Part shown: positions 1 to 12,628 of the stretch, one piece after another
How the letters are laid out: each line of letters begins with the position of its first letter
Position numbering within the stretch: the stretch's first letter is position 1
NCBI GenBank assembly: GCA_003971905.1
Contig: RSEE01000073.1
Span: 1 to 64,000 of the forward strand
DNA: 64,000 nucleotides
Reading direction: 5' to 3'
DNA from: Moniliella sp. 'wahieum'
Lineage: Eukaryota
The notes under the pieces: generated by a model
Told to the model about the DNA's origin: nothing
The model's database searches: none
The model's input: only the letters and a program-made list of their open reading frames with translations
Translations under genes and position numbers: made by a program

Positions 1-17
1 CCCTAACCTAACCCTAG
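1..17. repeat. Telomeric repeat remnant (CCCTAA-type, C-rich strand, left chromosome end)
   Basis: The window begins CCCTAA-CCTAA-CCCTAG. That is only about 3 units, but it sits at position 1 in the orientation expected for a left end. Confidence 0.7.
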
Positions 18-33
18 GGGAGGGCCGAGGGTA

Positions 34-447
34 GATAGCGAGCTACCCGAAGGGGAGAGAGTTATGCCGAGGCGATAGCTCGCTACCCGAAGGGGAGAGA
101 GTTATGCCGAGGCGATAGCTCGCTACCCGAAGGGGAGAGAGGAGAGAGAGTTATGCCGAGGCGATAGCTCGCTACCCGAAGGGGAGAGAGTTATGCCGAG
201 GCGATAGCGAGCTACCCGAAGGGGAGAGAGTTATGCCGAGGCGATAGCGAGCTACCCGAAGGGGAGAGAGTTATGCCGAGGCGATAGCGAGCTACCCGAA
301 GGGGAGAGAGTTATGCCGAGGCGATAGCTCGCTACCCGAAGGGAGAGAGGAGAGAGTTATGCCGAGGCGATAGCTCGCTACCCGAAGGGGAGGGAGTTAT
401 GCCGAGGCGATAGCTCGCTACCCGAAGGGGAGGGAGTTATGCCGAGG
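34..447. repeat. Subtelomeric 40-bp tandem minisatellite (~10.5 copies)
   Basis: Unit GTTATGCCGAGGCGATAGC(TC/GA)GCTACCCGAAGGGGAGAGA repeated head-to-tail. Two copies carry short GA-rich expansions. Confidence 0.95.
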
Positions 448-751
448 AAAGATCGGGATCGGGATGGAAAGCAGGAGGATACAGGAGGATGGACGGACGT
501 GCAGGTGCAGATGCAGGTGCAGATGGCGCAGGTGAAGCACCACCACCAGTAGCGAGATGTAGAGGTAGATGTAGAGGTAGAGGTAGAGGTAGAATAAGGG
601 ACCGATGCACACAAGTACTGGCAGTAGTGCTCTTGGGGGAGGGTAGCAATACCGCACTCTCCCGTCCCCTCCTTCTCCTTCTGCCCCTCCTTCTCCTTCG
701 GCGCCTACGCCTTCCGCTGACCCAGACCCTGACCCTGCCCCCGTCCCGGAC

Positions 752-2740
752 CTAGTGAGGAGGCAACGACGCAACGACACGCGGTACGCTGCGCTTGGAG
801 GACACCCTGCGCGTCGGAGCAGCATCGGTACCACACGTCGTCGGGTCCGGTGTCGTTGTCGTTGTCGGGTCCGGTGTCGTTGTCGTTGTCGGGTCCGGTG
901 TCGTTGTCGTTGTCGGGTCCGGTGTCGTTGTCGTTGTCGTCTTCGTGGCGGTGGCGGCGGTAGCTGTGGCGCTGGCACTGGCAGTGGCGGCGGTAGCTGT
1001 GGCAGTGGTAGTGGCGGTGACGGCATTGGTGGTCGCATGAGTGAGAGTGGGAGGGACGGTGGTCGTGGTAGGAAGAGGTAGGCCGCGAGACTGACGGTGA
1101 TGATGGTGGAAAGAAGTTGTTGACCGTGAAGTTGAGGGGGACCTAGAGGGTGAAGGTGAAGGTAATGAGGGTGAGGGTGCTGTGGAAGTTGAGGTTGACC
1201 GGGGCGAAGCGCGCGGCGGAGGGATTCCGGCAGCCGACGGAGGTGGAGCCGAAGTAAGTGGAGCCGGAGTAGGTGGTGGAGCGGGAAGAGAAGCAGTGGG
1301 GAGACCAACCAAATGAGCTTGGTGGGTAATGAGAAACTCGACGACGGTCCGTGCCAAGCGTTGTTCGTAGCTCGAGTGTACCCACGAGGCAGAGTAAGCG
1401 TCCGACACAGTGTCGGGCGGATGATGTGAATTCGAATGCGACTGCGACTGCGATTGCGAATGCGAATGCGATTGCGAATGCGAAGGGGAATGCGAAGGGG
1501 AAAACAGTCCCGGTTGGAAAATCACCGCAAGATCTGTCCAGAGGCCCGAGGGGGGGGGAGAGAGTTAGTTGGGGCCAACAGGGGGAGGGACGAGGAGGGA
1601 ACGGGAGGGAAGAAGGATAGGGGGGGGGGACGTACTAGCCGCGGTCATTCGGTTGAGATGACTGTTATTGGCAAACAGAGCGAGCAAGTCCAATACATAG
1701 AGGAGCAAGTAGCGATTCGCCGGGGGGAAAGTAGGAAGGAGCCGTTGACAAGCTTCAAGTTGTTGATGTTCGTCAGTGACGAGTGCGACCGAGGTGCGAA
1801 ACGCGGTGTACAGCTCGAGCGGCACAATAGGGTGCGGCAACTGGTTCAAGTACCGTCGAAACACGGACGCTGCATCGTGTACCCCAAACGGTTCTTTTTC
1901 CCATACCAAGTACCGCCCGTACGTCGGAGGCGTCTCAAACAACCGCTGTAATTCCCGCATGCGCTTTTGCGACCCACCAATCCGAAACACCCCTTCCACC
2001 CCTACCGCATTCTCTTTGAGAAAGTTGCCGATCTTGGCCACCACCGCTGGCACTTGGCCCCACGGATCGCCCGCTCCCGTCGACGCATGCAGCACACGGA
2101 TCTCAACACTGCAATAGGCCAAGGCTTCCACCAACGGTGCACCAAACACACGCCCCTCGTCCTTCCCACGGGGGGAGGGCGCATCGGACGTGTTGGCGGT
2201 AAGCGGCGGCTGCACCCAGCGGCGCAGCGCATGCCATGCCCTGCGCGCGCCCGCGGGCGTGCGGGATTTGGTGCTAGGCGGACTGGTTGGACTAATAGTT
2301 GGGCTGGTCAGACTGGTCGGGACGACGGGGCTGATGGGGCTAATGGGGCTGGTGGGGGTGAGGGGAGGGAGGGGCAGGTGGGGGCTGGGCAGACGGCCAG
2401 GACGGGTGGATGTGGTGGTGTGTTTGCTGGCAGTGCGGCCGAGGGACGAAGGGTGGGAAGGCGAGCGCGGGGGAGGCTGTGCTGCGGACGCAGCTGGAGG
2501 AGGAGGGCGGGGGAGCAGGGGCTGGAGCAGGGCAGGGAAGGGACGGAGGTTGCGTCGCGAGCGGGACCAGGAGGAGGGCGGCGGGAGCGGGGGCGGGGAG
2601 GAGCGGTGGCGGGTGTGGGAATGGGAATGGGAATGGGAGTGGGAGTGGGAAGGGGGCGGGGCAGGGGTGGAGGCGGTGGGCTGGGCGGCCGTGTCGAGGG
2701 ACGGGGCGCGGCGATGGGGCCGGCGGGTTGAGGCGGGCAT
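752..2740 (-). CDS. Rho GTPase-activating protein (Sac7/Bag7/Rga5-like), 2 exons (2740-1636, 1533-752)
   Basis: RhoGAP motifs VFGAPL...VPAVVAKIGNFLKENAVGVEGVFRIGGSQKRMRELQ...VHDAASVFRRYLNQLPHPIVP...NRM. A GTACGT..CTAAC..CAG intron at 1635-1534 restores MTAAN-LAVIFQPGL. Both termini are low-complexity. Confidence 0.9.
840..938. repeat. 24-bp tandem repeat x4 inside the RhoGAP 3' exon (PDPTTTTT)n
   Basis: GTCGGGTCCGGTGTCGTTGTCGTT repeated four times. Confidence 0.9.
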
Positions 2741-5700
2741 CGCTCCTGTGTGGGTGCGGATGGCGGGCGGAGGGGGCGCGCAGAGGGGCCAGCGGCCATC
2801 AGCGCCCGTGGAGCGGCATGGCGCGCAGCGGCGCCGAGGGAGGAGAGAGGGATGGGATGGGGTTGGATGGGAAACAGAATAGAAAGCAAAACGGAGATGC
2901 GAAAGGAGGCGACGGACAGTAGTGGGCTGGGACAGAACAGAACCGAACAACGGACGACGCATCTGCTCTGCTCTACTCTGCTCTGCTCTGCTGGGCCACA
3001 CTGCCCCCCGGGGATGGGCTGGTGCAGGCGGGCGATGTGCGAGCGGCTGGGCAGTGGGATGGGTGCGTTCGGCCGGGCGGGGAGGGCAGTGAGTATGAGT
3101 ATGAGGTAGGTGACTGTCCCTGGCCGTCTGCTGGCTGCTCCTACCCTACCCTACCCTCCCCCTGACGATTCGAGACGAGACGAGGAACACGAGCGGCGCG
3201 CACAGCAGCGCACAGCAGTGCTCCGGACAGCCAGCCGAAGAAACGAGGGTGGTCCATGCGCGCTTCCCTCCCAGATCGATGGTCGCTACTGAATATCGCA
3301 ATGCCCCGCCCAGCCAAAGTGCGATCGCCTCAACGTTCAAGTTGAACCCTGAACCGTCCCCACACTGGCGCCGTGCCCGCCTGTTCGCCCCTGCGTGCGA
3401 TCGGCAGTCGAGGGGGGCTGATCCCACACTGGCCCCCCGCTCGCATTCCCCGGCAGTGCCCCCGTGCGGCCTGCCAAGCCGGGGCGCTGGATCGAGGGCG
3501 TCATCGATCAGCGATGTCGATCATCCTGGGATAACATTAACATCGCTACTAGTATCGCTAACTGCTGGCCACCCGGATACAACCGGTAACCGGAAACACG
3601 TATTCCTTCCTCTGCTGTGCTGCCCAGCCGCATCGGACATGCTCTGTGTACTGCTGGCTGCGGCAAGCACATGGCCAGTGCACACCGCCATCGCTGCTCG
3701 TCACCAACGCCCGTCCGCCATCGACATCACCCTCAGGCCTCTCCCCCCCCCCCCTGTGCGGCCTGGTGCTGCCCCAGGCTGCCCCCGCGCCCATCGAGCA
3801 CCCATGCATCATGAATACCGCATCAGCGATGGTCGACCATCGATGGCCGATGTCCGAAACAGACGAACGCCTTGCCTCTTCCGGCAACCCCCGGAGCAGC
3901 AACGCACAGCACAGCACCGCTGATCTGCAACAGGATATGGCATCCCCCACATCACTCACACATCACGCTCTGCCGCTGCACACTCCCCTCCTCCCTCTCC
4001 ACCATCGATGTGTAACACCATTCCTTAGTAACCATTTGAATGGTTGTCACGCCCTTTTGGCCCGAATGCTGGGCATATTGCGTACGCCGTTTCCTACAAC
4101 CCATCGCCGTCACAACCCCTCATATCACATCACTCGCACTCCACCACAGCAGTCCAACCGTTCGCACAGTTCTTCCGAAGCAGAGAACCTGACGCAAAAA
4201 CCAAAATAGCAGATGCCACTTTCGAACGTCATCGTACTTGGTACCCTGCAGTACCCCATCCCTTCTCGCCTGCGTGATACGACAGAATCCCGATGCCAAT
4301 TCCAAACGGCAATCAAGATCAGAAGAGCAAAAGAGGCCAGATGATCGATGCAGACTGGCTGAGTGTTACTGTGGTGAGCCAAAGTAGAGATGTTATAGTG
4401 AATGGAGAGGGACTCGCCATTCGGAGTGCAACTGATGTGAGGCAGTGAGATGTAGCAAGACAGGCAAGACAAAGGCAACGCAGAAAAGGAGACGCGTCAT
4501 CTGACATGTCAGCTGTCAGCCTTTCCCCCAAGCGATCAAACCAGCGGGTGCATTGCATCAGAACACAAGGCACTGACATAACAGAACACGCCTAAGGCCT
4601 AAACTCAGGAGGCGAGAAACGATGTGGACGAATGGGCACGTATAGACAACAACCAAGGCCCTGTCCCCATGTTCAGGTCGGATAAGCGCTCTGCAGTGCA
4701 ATGTCTCCCTCCGTGGCACTTACACATCCACTTGTGCATCATCTTCTATAATGGTACCTGGTGCTTACAGATCCCCTTCTTCTGTGCTGACCATTGAAGC
4801 GGAACCGTGTGCCAGCTCGTCCCGGAATTGGATCCGAACGTCGTGGACTGTGTTGTCTGTTATATTGTTTGGCTAATCTCGCTCCCAATTCCAATTTCTT
4901 CTCGTCACGAGCATCTCGCACCTTCCCTGGGGAAGGTTCTTCCGCTTCGCACCAAGTCCTCTGCCCTTTTGCTTCTTCCCCACGATCGATTGTTACATCC
5001 GCTGGCCTAGTCCCCACAGTCTGGTCTCCCTCACCTTCGCCCCGACTGTGATAGTGCCCTGCTCTTGCTCTGCGGTTCCATGAGCTGCGACATACCCACT
5101 CTCGCCGCTCACCTGAGTCGATTGTGCGCCCATGGTATTAAGAGTGCAGATCGAAGGTCGCGTCACGAGTGTAAATGGGGACTTGTACACTGGGTATATC
5201 GTCCCCGTCACTAGTTTCACTGTCGATGTTGGATGCAATTAGTATCTAATGTCTTCGGAGGGGATGGTTCAGTGGTCTCACTTCTTCGAACGATATCGCC
5301 GTACGACCGTACGACCACAACAGCGAAAGCTTATTGGGTATTGAACCAACTAACTTCGGACCATCTGTACCTTTTTGCGCCTTGCTACAGAGACCTCATT
5401 GCAATCTAATCATCACGGCAATGCGGAGTGAAGCTGGGAACGTATTGTCGGGCTACTGAAGAGGGAGAGGGGCGGAAAAGAGACGGACGGAATAGGGGGC
5501 TACAGGGAATACAGTGGCAATACACATCCGTGCAATTTGTTCGTGCGGATCCCGAACCCATGTACGCCCACTGGGCGTCTTTGTCCTCCTTTCGAAACGG
5601 GGCGGAGGGTAGCAACCTGCACGTCCCCCACTACGGTGCGCTGCGGCAGAGGTGAAGAAAGCCCGAAGGCAAGTCTCACGAACAGTTCGTTTCAGCTGTA

Positions 5701-6687
5701 GGTGCCCCATGAAGACCTTTTGCCCTTCTCTTTGCACCTCGCCTCTCAAGTCGGCTTCTTTCTCTTTTTCAACCTCTCTTTTGTCTCGGCTTCCAACAAG
5801 GCTGATCTGACAAAATTGAGTCGGTTCCAACACCTCTAGTCTGCCAACCCCCCCTATACACACGCTACTCCAGATCCATTTTTGAGGTCTGAGACTTCAC
5901 CCACCGGCATAGTACCCCTGATCTCGCTGGTATCAACACCCGTACTTGATGAGATCCATGGTATCAAGACGTACCTTGCCGGTGCGTACCTGGGTCTCAT
6001 GTTTAATGAGGAGATTCCCGTGACATCAATGGGCTTCTTGGCGTGAACGACAAACGGAAGAGTAGCAGCCTCACCGTCCCCGAAGATACAGGGAGAATGT
6101 GTCGCTGTTCAGGGGGAGATCCGTTGCCCTAGTTCGTACATACCCTTGCCTGTCCTATGTCGCTCATAGCAGATTTTAGAGAAAAAGGTGAAAGTAGAAC
6201 AGAGTGTGTTACGGGCTGCGTTGGATCTGAGATGGTCTGATCCAAGCTCAGGCTCGCCTGTGCTCTCTACACATGCCTATTTGAGCGCACTCCGAAATCT
6301 CCAACCAAGGTTGATGCATGTTGATGAGGGTTGGTTACATCATGTACGGTGGCCCGAGTGGCTGTGGATCCCCACGACAATAGACGCCCCCGCCCAAGGC
6401 CAAGTCTAAGTCGGAGAGCCAAAATGAGGCCGCCAAGTTTAATTTCCGGTACCTTTGCGACGACTGTTGCCCTGTTTCGTCTCGTCCACACTTACTTTTC
6501 CTTTCTCGGTTGCTCCCGCTACAACCAACCCCTGGTTTGACATGTCTCCTTTTTCCTTTCTGCATCCCTATTGTACCCGCTTTCCCTTTTGATCTATAGC
6601 CTGTACCTCTGATTAAGGCCTGATTGGTGGGGATCCTTTTCCTCCTTTCCCGCATTTCCTGTCCAAATCCTACCCGTTTTCCAGCCA

Positions 6688-7177
6688 ATTGATTTAGTAC
6701 AGGTAACTCGTTCTGCTCTTGGTTCCCTTTCTACTCCTCCCAACATGGTTCACCAGCTCCCGTCCTGAGTGCTCAGTTCCTCAGTCCACCCAGTCGGCGT
6801 GTGCCTCCCACGTGCCACGTGCAAGTCCAGCCCAGTTCAGCCGCGTGAGATCATGATCCCGCCTACACTCATGCCGCCCTCAGTCCCAGTCCGGGCTCCA
6901 GTCCAGCAACGTGAGTCCTCCTAGCCTCCTCTCATCCCTCCTGAAGAACTACGAAAGCTTCAGATGCGTTACTCCGCCCAAGCCGGTGCTACGCAGCCTT
7001 GCCACACACGTGCAGCCGCCCCGGCTTCACGCTCAAAGGTTTCTCCTTGGCCCTGATATGACTCCGCTCGGATCCGCCTACTAGCCCAAGCCCGACCACC
7101 AGTTCTACTGGAACGTCTCCGCAGGGATTGTACCCACAACCCTGGGTAAGCCCCCTGGGGGGACCCCCCTCGTGACT
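6688..7177 (-). mobile_element. Degenerate LTR-like sequence, probably the head of a decayed retroelement extending to ~4.5 kb
   Basis: The minus strand begins AGTCACGAGGGGGGTCCCCCC and shows patchy collinear similarity by eye to 54020-54519 (GGAGA(A/G)ACC.., GGG(C/T)GGCTGC..). Both are followed by TGGCTG. Downstream minus-strand frames are broken by stops. Confidence 0.35.
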
Positions 7178-7309
7178 AATAAGGCTAATAAAAAGCGCCA
7201 ACGATGACTATACTGTTTTTATACTGGCCCAACAGTGAGAGGCTTATATGGACAGACAGTAGTGGGTTATTGCTCGGTGACGTGGTAATGTGCGGCCGGA
7301 ATTGTTACA

Positions 7310-7334
7310 GGGGGGGGGGGGGGGGGGGGGGGGG
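7310..7334 (+). repeat. G25 homopolymer
   Basis: Uninterrupted G run. A second G15 run lies at 8504-8518. Confidence 0.9.
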
Positions 7335-8479
7335 TAAAGCCCACGGCTCAGTCGACGAGGCAACCACGAAGGAGGAAATGGGAGAACGGACACTCCATCC
7401 AAGTTCATGAGTGAAGCTACATGCTTGTGCTTCTGATAACTTAGGACGAAGGGAAGACCTCGGGAGTTTGTTACAATAAGGCAAAAAGGTCTCCTACGAA
7501 GCCCAACAACTGCCCGTCGTCCAACAAAACGAGCAGCTGTATGCAGGGCATCAAGAAGAAATGGAAATTTGGTCGGGACCGTGATAGCGGTGGGGCATGC
7601 AATGATTTAACTCCCACGTTGATTGATCCTCACGTGGTTGCCACGTTCCGGAAGACGAGGTGACGGTGCTTGTTGGATGGCCACTTACCGACAGGGTCAA
7701 CTAAACAGTATACTCATTTGGTGAAACGCAAATGCACCTGCCAGATTCTGCTGAAGTAGCTTATATTGTGCAGCTAACTGGGGAATGGAGGTGGTAAAAT
7801 CATAACATTCACTGCAGAGCTCCCACGAGAGCTATGCTCCCATCCGCAGGTAGGAAGAAAAAGAAGAAAAATAAGAACACTTAGTACTGCTGCAATGCCA
7901 CTGGTCGCATGTCACGGCAGTGTAGCACGCAATTCATCCACACAACAGCTTACTTCTCGGGCAGTCAAGCTTGGAGTTGGCGGAACCTGTGCGAGCCGAA
8001 CCGTTTCACCTGATGGAGGAAGAAAATCCGACCAACTTGAGGGCCGTGCATCAGAACCTTAGTGCTACCCTCTTAGAGTCGCAACACGCACCCTCAGAAC
8101 ATACTGTAACATGCAACTGCTACTACGCCGCAATACACCACAACATACCGCAACCCTCCAAAAATTCCGAGAAGCCGACTGCCATTGCAGATTCAGATTC
8201 ATTGCACCAACTGCCGCGCAACTACGAATTACAAATAGAGTGAAGGCAAGAGAAACGGACATATGAGAAAAAAATACATCGCTTCCCACTTACTGTCAAA
8301 TATTGTTTACTCAAACAAGAGGATAGTTGGATCACCAGCAGCACTATTATATGGCTATCATAACCTCCAATAGCATCATAGAATGGACACTCAAGTCGAC
8401 GTCCACATCCACACCTCATATCCTGCTGCCCTTAACCTCCAATAGCACCATAGGAATGGACACTCACGTCGACGTTCAC

Positions 8480-9110
8480 ATAGTACGTCCCAGTGGTTTC
8501 TGTGGGGGGGGGGGGGGGATATGGGGCTCAGGCGGGGCGTTTAGAGGTATGTTTCCTTGATGAGAGCAAGGTGGACTCACAGCAACATGGTCAAGCTTGC
8601 GCTGATGGGTGTGGATTATAACGGGGCCCCGGACATTTATCATGCTATAGTTGCAGATGGTTCCAATACGTGTTGGCGAGTTCATTCTGAGCGATTGAAA
8701 GACAAACTGCCTGAGGCGAATTGCTTATGGAAGTAACTCACTTTTTTTTCTGAATTGATTGTACATCCCTAAGGAATGCCCAATAACACTAAAATATGCT
8801 ATACTTGTATGGTTACCTTCAATACATTCGAATTTTTGTTGCTCATCCGCCGATATCATCTTTACCTCATGATTCGGCGGTCGGTCACATGAATGCAATT
8901 CCACCTCAAGTATGATGGTTGAATTCAATACGTACATACCTCTATGATTCCCGAAGATCATACAGAGCATATATCATGCCGCGCTGTATCAACGTATAAC
9001 CTGCCTGAACAATGTCATCCTCTGGGGGTACTTCGAAAGGAGACCAATTCTGCAAGTCACAACTGCTGGGGCAACCCAGAATCTGTGGTGTTTCAATCCC
9101 TTGGAATTAT
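8480..9110 (-). pseudogene. Degenerate lipase / alpha-beta hydrolase fragment
   Basis: The minus frame gives ...IAYFSVIGHSLG (GxSxG nucleophile elbow) at ~8770-8800. An upstream segment LIQRGMIYALYDLRE resembles the class-3 lipase VHxGFxxAY motif. A GTATGT donor is present, but no continuous ORF. Confidence 0.35.
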
Positions 9111-10929
9111 CTGTAGAATATTCCTTGGCAAAGGCCAAGGGGCCAAACCCTGTCAGAAAAACTAGAGTGGCCTCTTGTTTACCTTGCAGGCAAAATGTTG
9201 ATCAGTCGCAAAACCTTTCGACGGGAGATTATGTGCGGCATTGACAGTTTTGATTCAAAACGTCACGCCGCCAGTAAGTTCAGTCGCCGTCCTCACGTCA
9301 CAACTGCATACCCAAAAGCTAATCGGCGACGGCGGTGAAACTATTCTCTGGCTCTCAACAGTTGCATCTGTCAGTACCGGCTGTGGACACACGTCCCAGG
9401 ATCGGGCGAACCCTTGGTCAAGTGAGTGAGGAATTTCCTCCTTTCTGGCTTTTGCCGATTTTCTCGACGTTTCAGCCAAAGTTGCATCTTTGCCTAATAT
9501 CGTTCAGAATGATAGTAGTGGGGTGGTTGCCCTCACAAATGCTTGCAAACGGTTTCGCATGTGTGCATCTCTAAGATCAGCTCTGGCCATACTGGTCACG
9601 CGCTATGGCCCGTTTAAGTTGTGATTATTCCGTCGAGCCTGTTCCCTGTCGGGGAAATAAATATCGTCAAACTGTCCACATATTATGCTCTAAGTAACAC
9701 TCCAAAACGAAATGGGTTTGGACGTAGTTCACCAAAGATCTGATTCGTTTGTTCCACGATTTTAAGCCCTTGCTGAAAGGAAAGGGCAGCGGTTCATCAC
9801 GTGCGAAAGCTTTGAAGACCATATTTTGGGGATTACACTGTGCAAAAAGCTTTGGATATCTACATGCAACAGTACCAGTACTACTTTCAAGGACAAGAAA
9901 AGGCATTTGGATCGGATATCAAACATACAAAAGGATAAGAAGGGCCAGTGGAATCGTGATCGACGTTGCCACCCAGTATCAGCATGATCGTCGGGATGGC
10001 AACTCGATTACCGCGTTATCGAATCCGTGGCACATTAGCGGGCAAGCATCCAATTTGCGACACATTCCTACTGAGTGTATGTATTGTTCACAGACCACCG
10101 GGCAATGGTGAACGAATACGATACACGATCATAGGCCTTATCGTAACCGCAGACGCGATTTCACTTATAATATCGCAGTTGGTAATTTCGCGGCCTGTAA
10201 GATAAAGGCGGGGATCTGTAGCTCGTTTATGGGGTTAGTGAAGATAAGAACCACCTAGTCAACACGCGTCCTTCCTATACGCGCTCACGTTAGCTGGTCT
10301 GTGGAAGGGAGATTGCTTCGGATGCCGACAGGTATTCATTCATGCTGCATGGAATGGCGCCTTATATACCAGAGGAGAAGGAGATGCTATCACACTCTAG
10401 ACCACGCGTGATGAGGGGAAAGAGACACAAAAGGGGGCAAGGAAGATCTATAACAAGGATCATACTCACATCCTGTGGGAATGTGTGTGTGATCCGTCAT
10501 GGCCAAGGGCAGGGAATCAGCTCTACGGGGACATGCGTATTCAGATTTGTCAGGGGAACATCTGCAGTTGGTGTGGCCAAGATTTAACGGCAGGTACTAA
10601 ACGGAACCTCTCATTCCATATGGACCAAACGGTAGGCCATGCGGGACAGCAGTATGCCCACTGATAGGGGTTTGGCTCATCAGGCGTCCATCCTGCGGGA
10701 TTGCACTGCATTCGATTGTTGACATCCGTCCTAGGACCGCGCGGACCCTGAGTCACGTGAGTCAGTTTTCATTCCTTCCGAGCTCGCACCAGTCTTCTGG
10801 ACGAGTCAGTCGCAGAAGCTTCTTAGTCGAATACGACGTTCAGTGCTCACATTCTGTGGTAGTAGCGAGGCCGACAGAGTTACATCTTCATCTGCTCATC
10901 CCTGAGCTGGCCAAAACTACACCACAACC

Positions 10930-12176
10930 ATGGGCGCCAACGCTAACACCGATCTCTCGGTCAGCGACACCACAATGGTGAACAAGCGCGAATACTGGAC
11001 ACCAACCGGTCGCGATCCGCCACCGATTGGCACCGACAACGAGGAACTCATGATGCTCTGCGCCGAAGCGCACCTGTGGTTCAAGAAGACGAACGACATC
11101 GATGTCGTCAAAGAGAAGATCAACAGCGCTATGCACGACAGAGCCGAGTGGCTTGGATGGAAGGAAGCACCTACGTCTATCACGGTAAACTGGGTTTGAC
11201 GGGCTACGAACTTTGTGGTGCAAAACATCCACCAAATGGAAACTCAGCCCAACGCGACTTTGGGGGCACCTACCGGTGCACTCTCGCGACCCGAGTACGA
11301 CCTTTACAGATCACTACGCGAGTCTCCCACCAAGAATATCAAGTGGCCTGATCTAAACAAAGACCCGTCCGCCTACAGCGCTTGGGAAGACGAATTTCTC
11401 TTCGCGATAACGGATGCCCACCCCCACGCAAGCGACGTCGTCCAGAATGGTCGCAGCTCCCGCTACTTCACCGAGGACCTCGACAGACGCTTGCACAACC
11501 TTCTTAGGGAGGCCATGCCGTCAACCCTCTTCCGGACGATCCGTACCCACCACGAAATATCGTGCACCCAGGACACGCTGAACATGCTGCGTCAGCGGTA
11601 TGGATATACGCCGACCGCAAACAGAGGGCCTCTACTCATTCGCTACTTTTCGGCCGACCAAGGAAATCGATCGGGTCGAGACTACCTCGACTACATGGAA
11701 GAGATCAGTGCAAGCCTGACACGAGCGGGCATCCCACTTACGGAAGAGCGGGAACGCACTGGGATCCTACTCGGCTTACGCGACATGAGCATTCGCCAGC
11801 GCGAAGAGCGCTCGAACCTCGGCAAGTTACGGCAGGCCGTGATGGACATACCAGGCGCCACGTACCCCGGTGGAGAAAGGAAGAGGAACGGAGACAAGCC
11901 GGTCAACGGAGGAACGCCTTGGAATCGACCCGACAGCGGGGGACGACCCACCAGCGGGGGAAAAAACTCCAGCGGGGGCAAAGCCGGCGACGAAACCCCG
12001 TGGACACAAAGACCAAGGGGCAAGACCGCACCAACCAACCCTGGCGCAGCGCGACGTCTGAAAAACCCGTTGTTCCTCCACGCAACCCAGGCCGAGCCAA
12101 CGCTCACGTCGCTCAGAGAGCGAGCTCTCCCGAGTCTGAAGTGATTGACGTTGATGCAGGCACAGCCGACTACTAG
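10930..12176 (+). CDS. Copia gag (frameshifted pieces 10930-11199, 11215-12144, ending in the 11562-12176 frame)
   Basis: YSAWEDEFLFAI...TLNMLRQRYG...DYLDYMEEISASLTRAGIPLTEE...ILLGL is a UBN2-like gag pattern. RANAHVAQ precedes the protease. Confidence 0.75.
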
Positions 12177-12436
12177 GAACTCGGGGGCGAAATGCGAATC
12201 ATCCGGGCACTATATGACAGTGGGGCATTCCCATCCATTTGGAAAGACAAATCCGTCTTCACATCCATGACCCCTTGCGACGACGAGATAGAGGTTGCTA
12301 ACGGGACACATGTAAAGGCGGAAGGACGAGGCACGGCCACAATCCGTATCCGATGCTTAGGAGGACACCAAATGGAGATAAAACTCCCCAACAGCTTATA
12401 CATGCCCCGTTTCAGCCGAAATCTCGTCAGTGTAGC
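12177..12436 (+). CDS. Copia aspartic protease (5' part of pol, cut by the gypsy insertion)
   Basis: ALYDSGA...IEVANGTHVKAEGRGT...LPNSLYMPRFSRNLVSVA. Confidence 0.9.
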
Positions 12437-12616
12437 TGTAACAGTCGGGGCTAAACGAGGGAGACCAAGGTCCTGTCAGAGGCGGGGGAAAGGCAAGATC
12501 GTCGTGGGAGGAAACAGAAGGCATCAGGCAGAGAACAGAAGCAAAAGGGAAGGGAAAGAGCGAGAGACACAGGATGCGGAATTGGAAATTGGAGCGAGCT
12601 TAGTCATTCGGTGACA
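12437..12616 (-). repeat. 3' LTR of the gypsy element (180 bp)
   Basis: TGTAACAGTCGGGG...CATTCGGTGACA. Matches 17901-18082 except for 2 single-base indels and 1 substitution. Confidence 0.97.
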
Positions 12617-12628
12617 TTGCCCCCTTTC
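12617..12628 (-). promoter_or_regulatory. Polypurine tract (plus-strand primer)
   Basis: Element-sense GAAAGGGGGCAA immediately before the 3' LTR, overlapping the pol stop codon. Confidence 0.85.

Noticed and set aside
34..447. CRISPR-like array
   Set aside because: Units are contiguous and near-identical with no unique spacers, there are no cas genes, and the context is a eukaryotic subtelomere.
378..1308. ORFs 418-1308 and 378-614 as independent genes
   Set aside because: They are alternative frames of simple repeats overlapping the RhoGAP 3' exon and the minisatellite.
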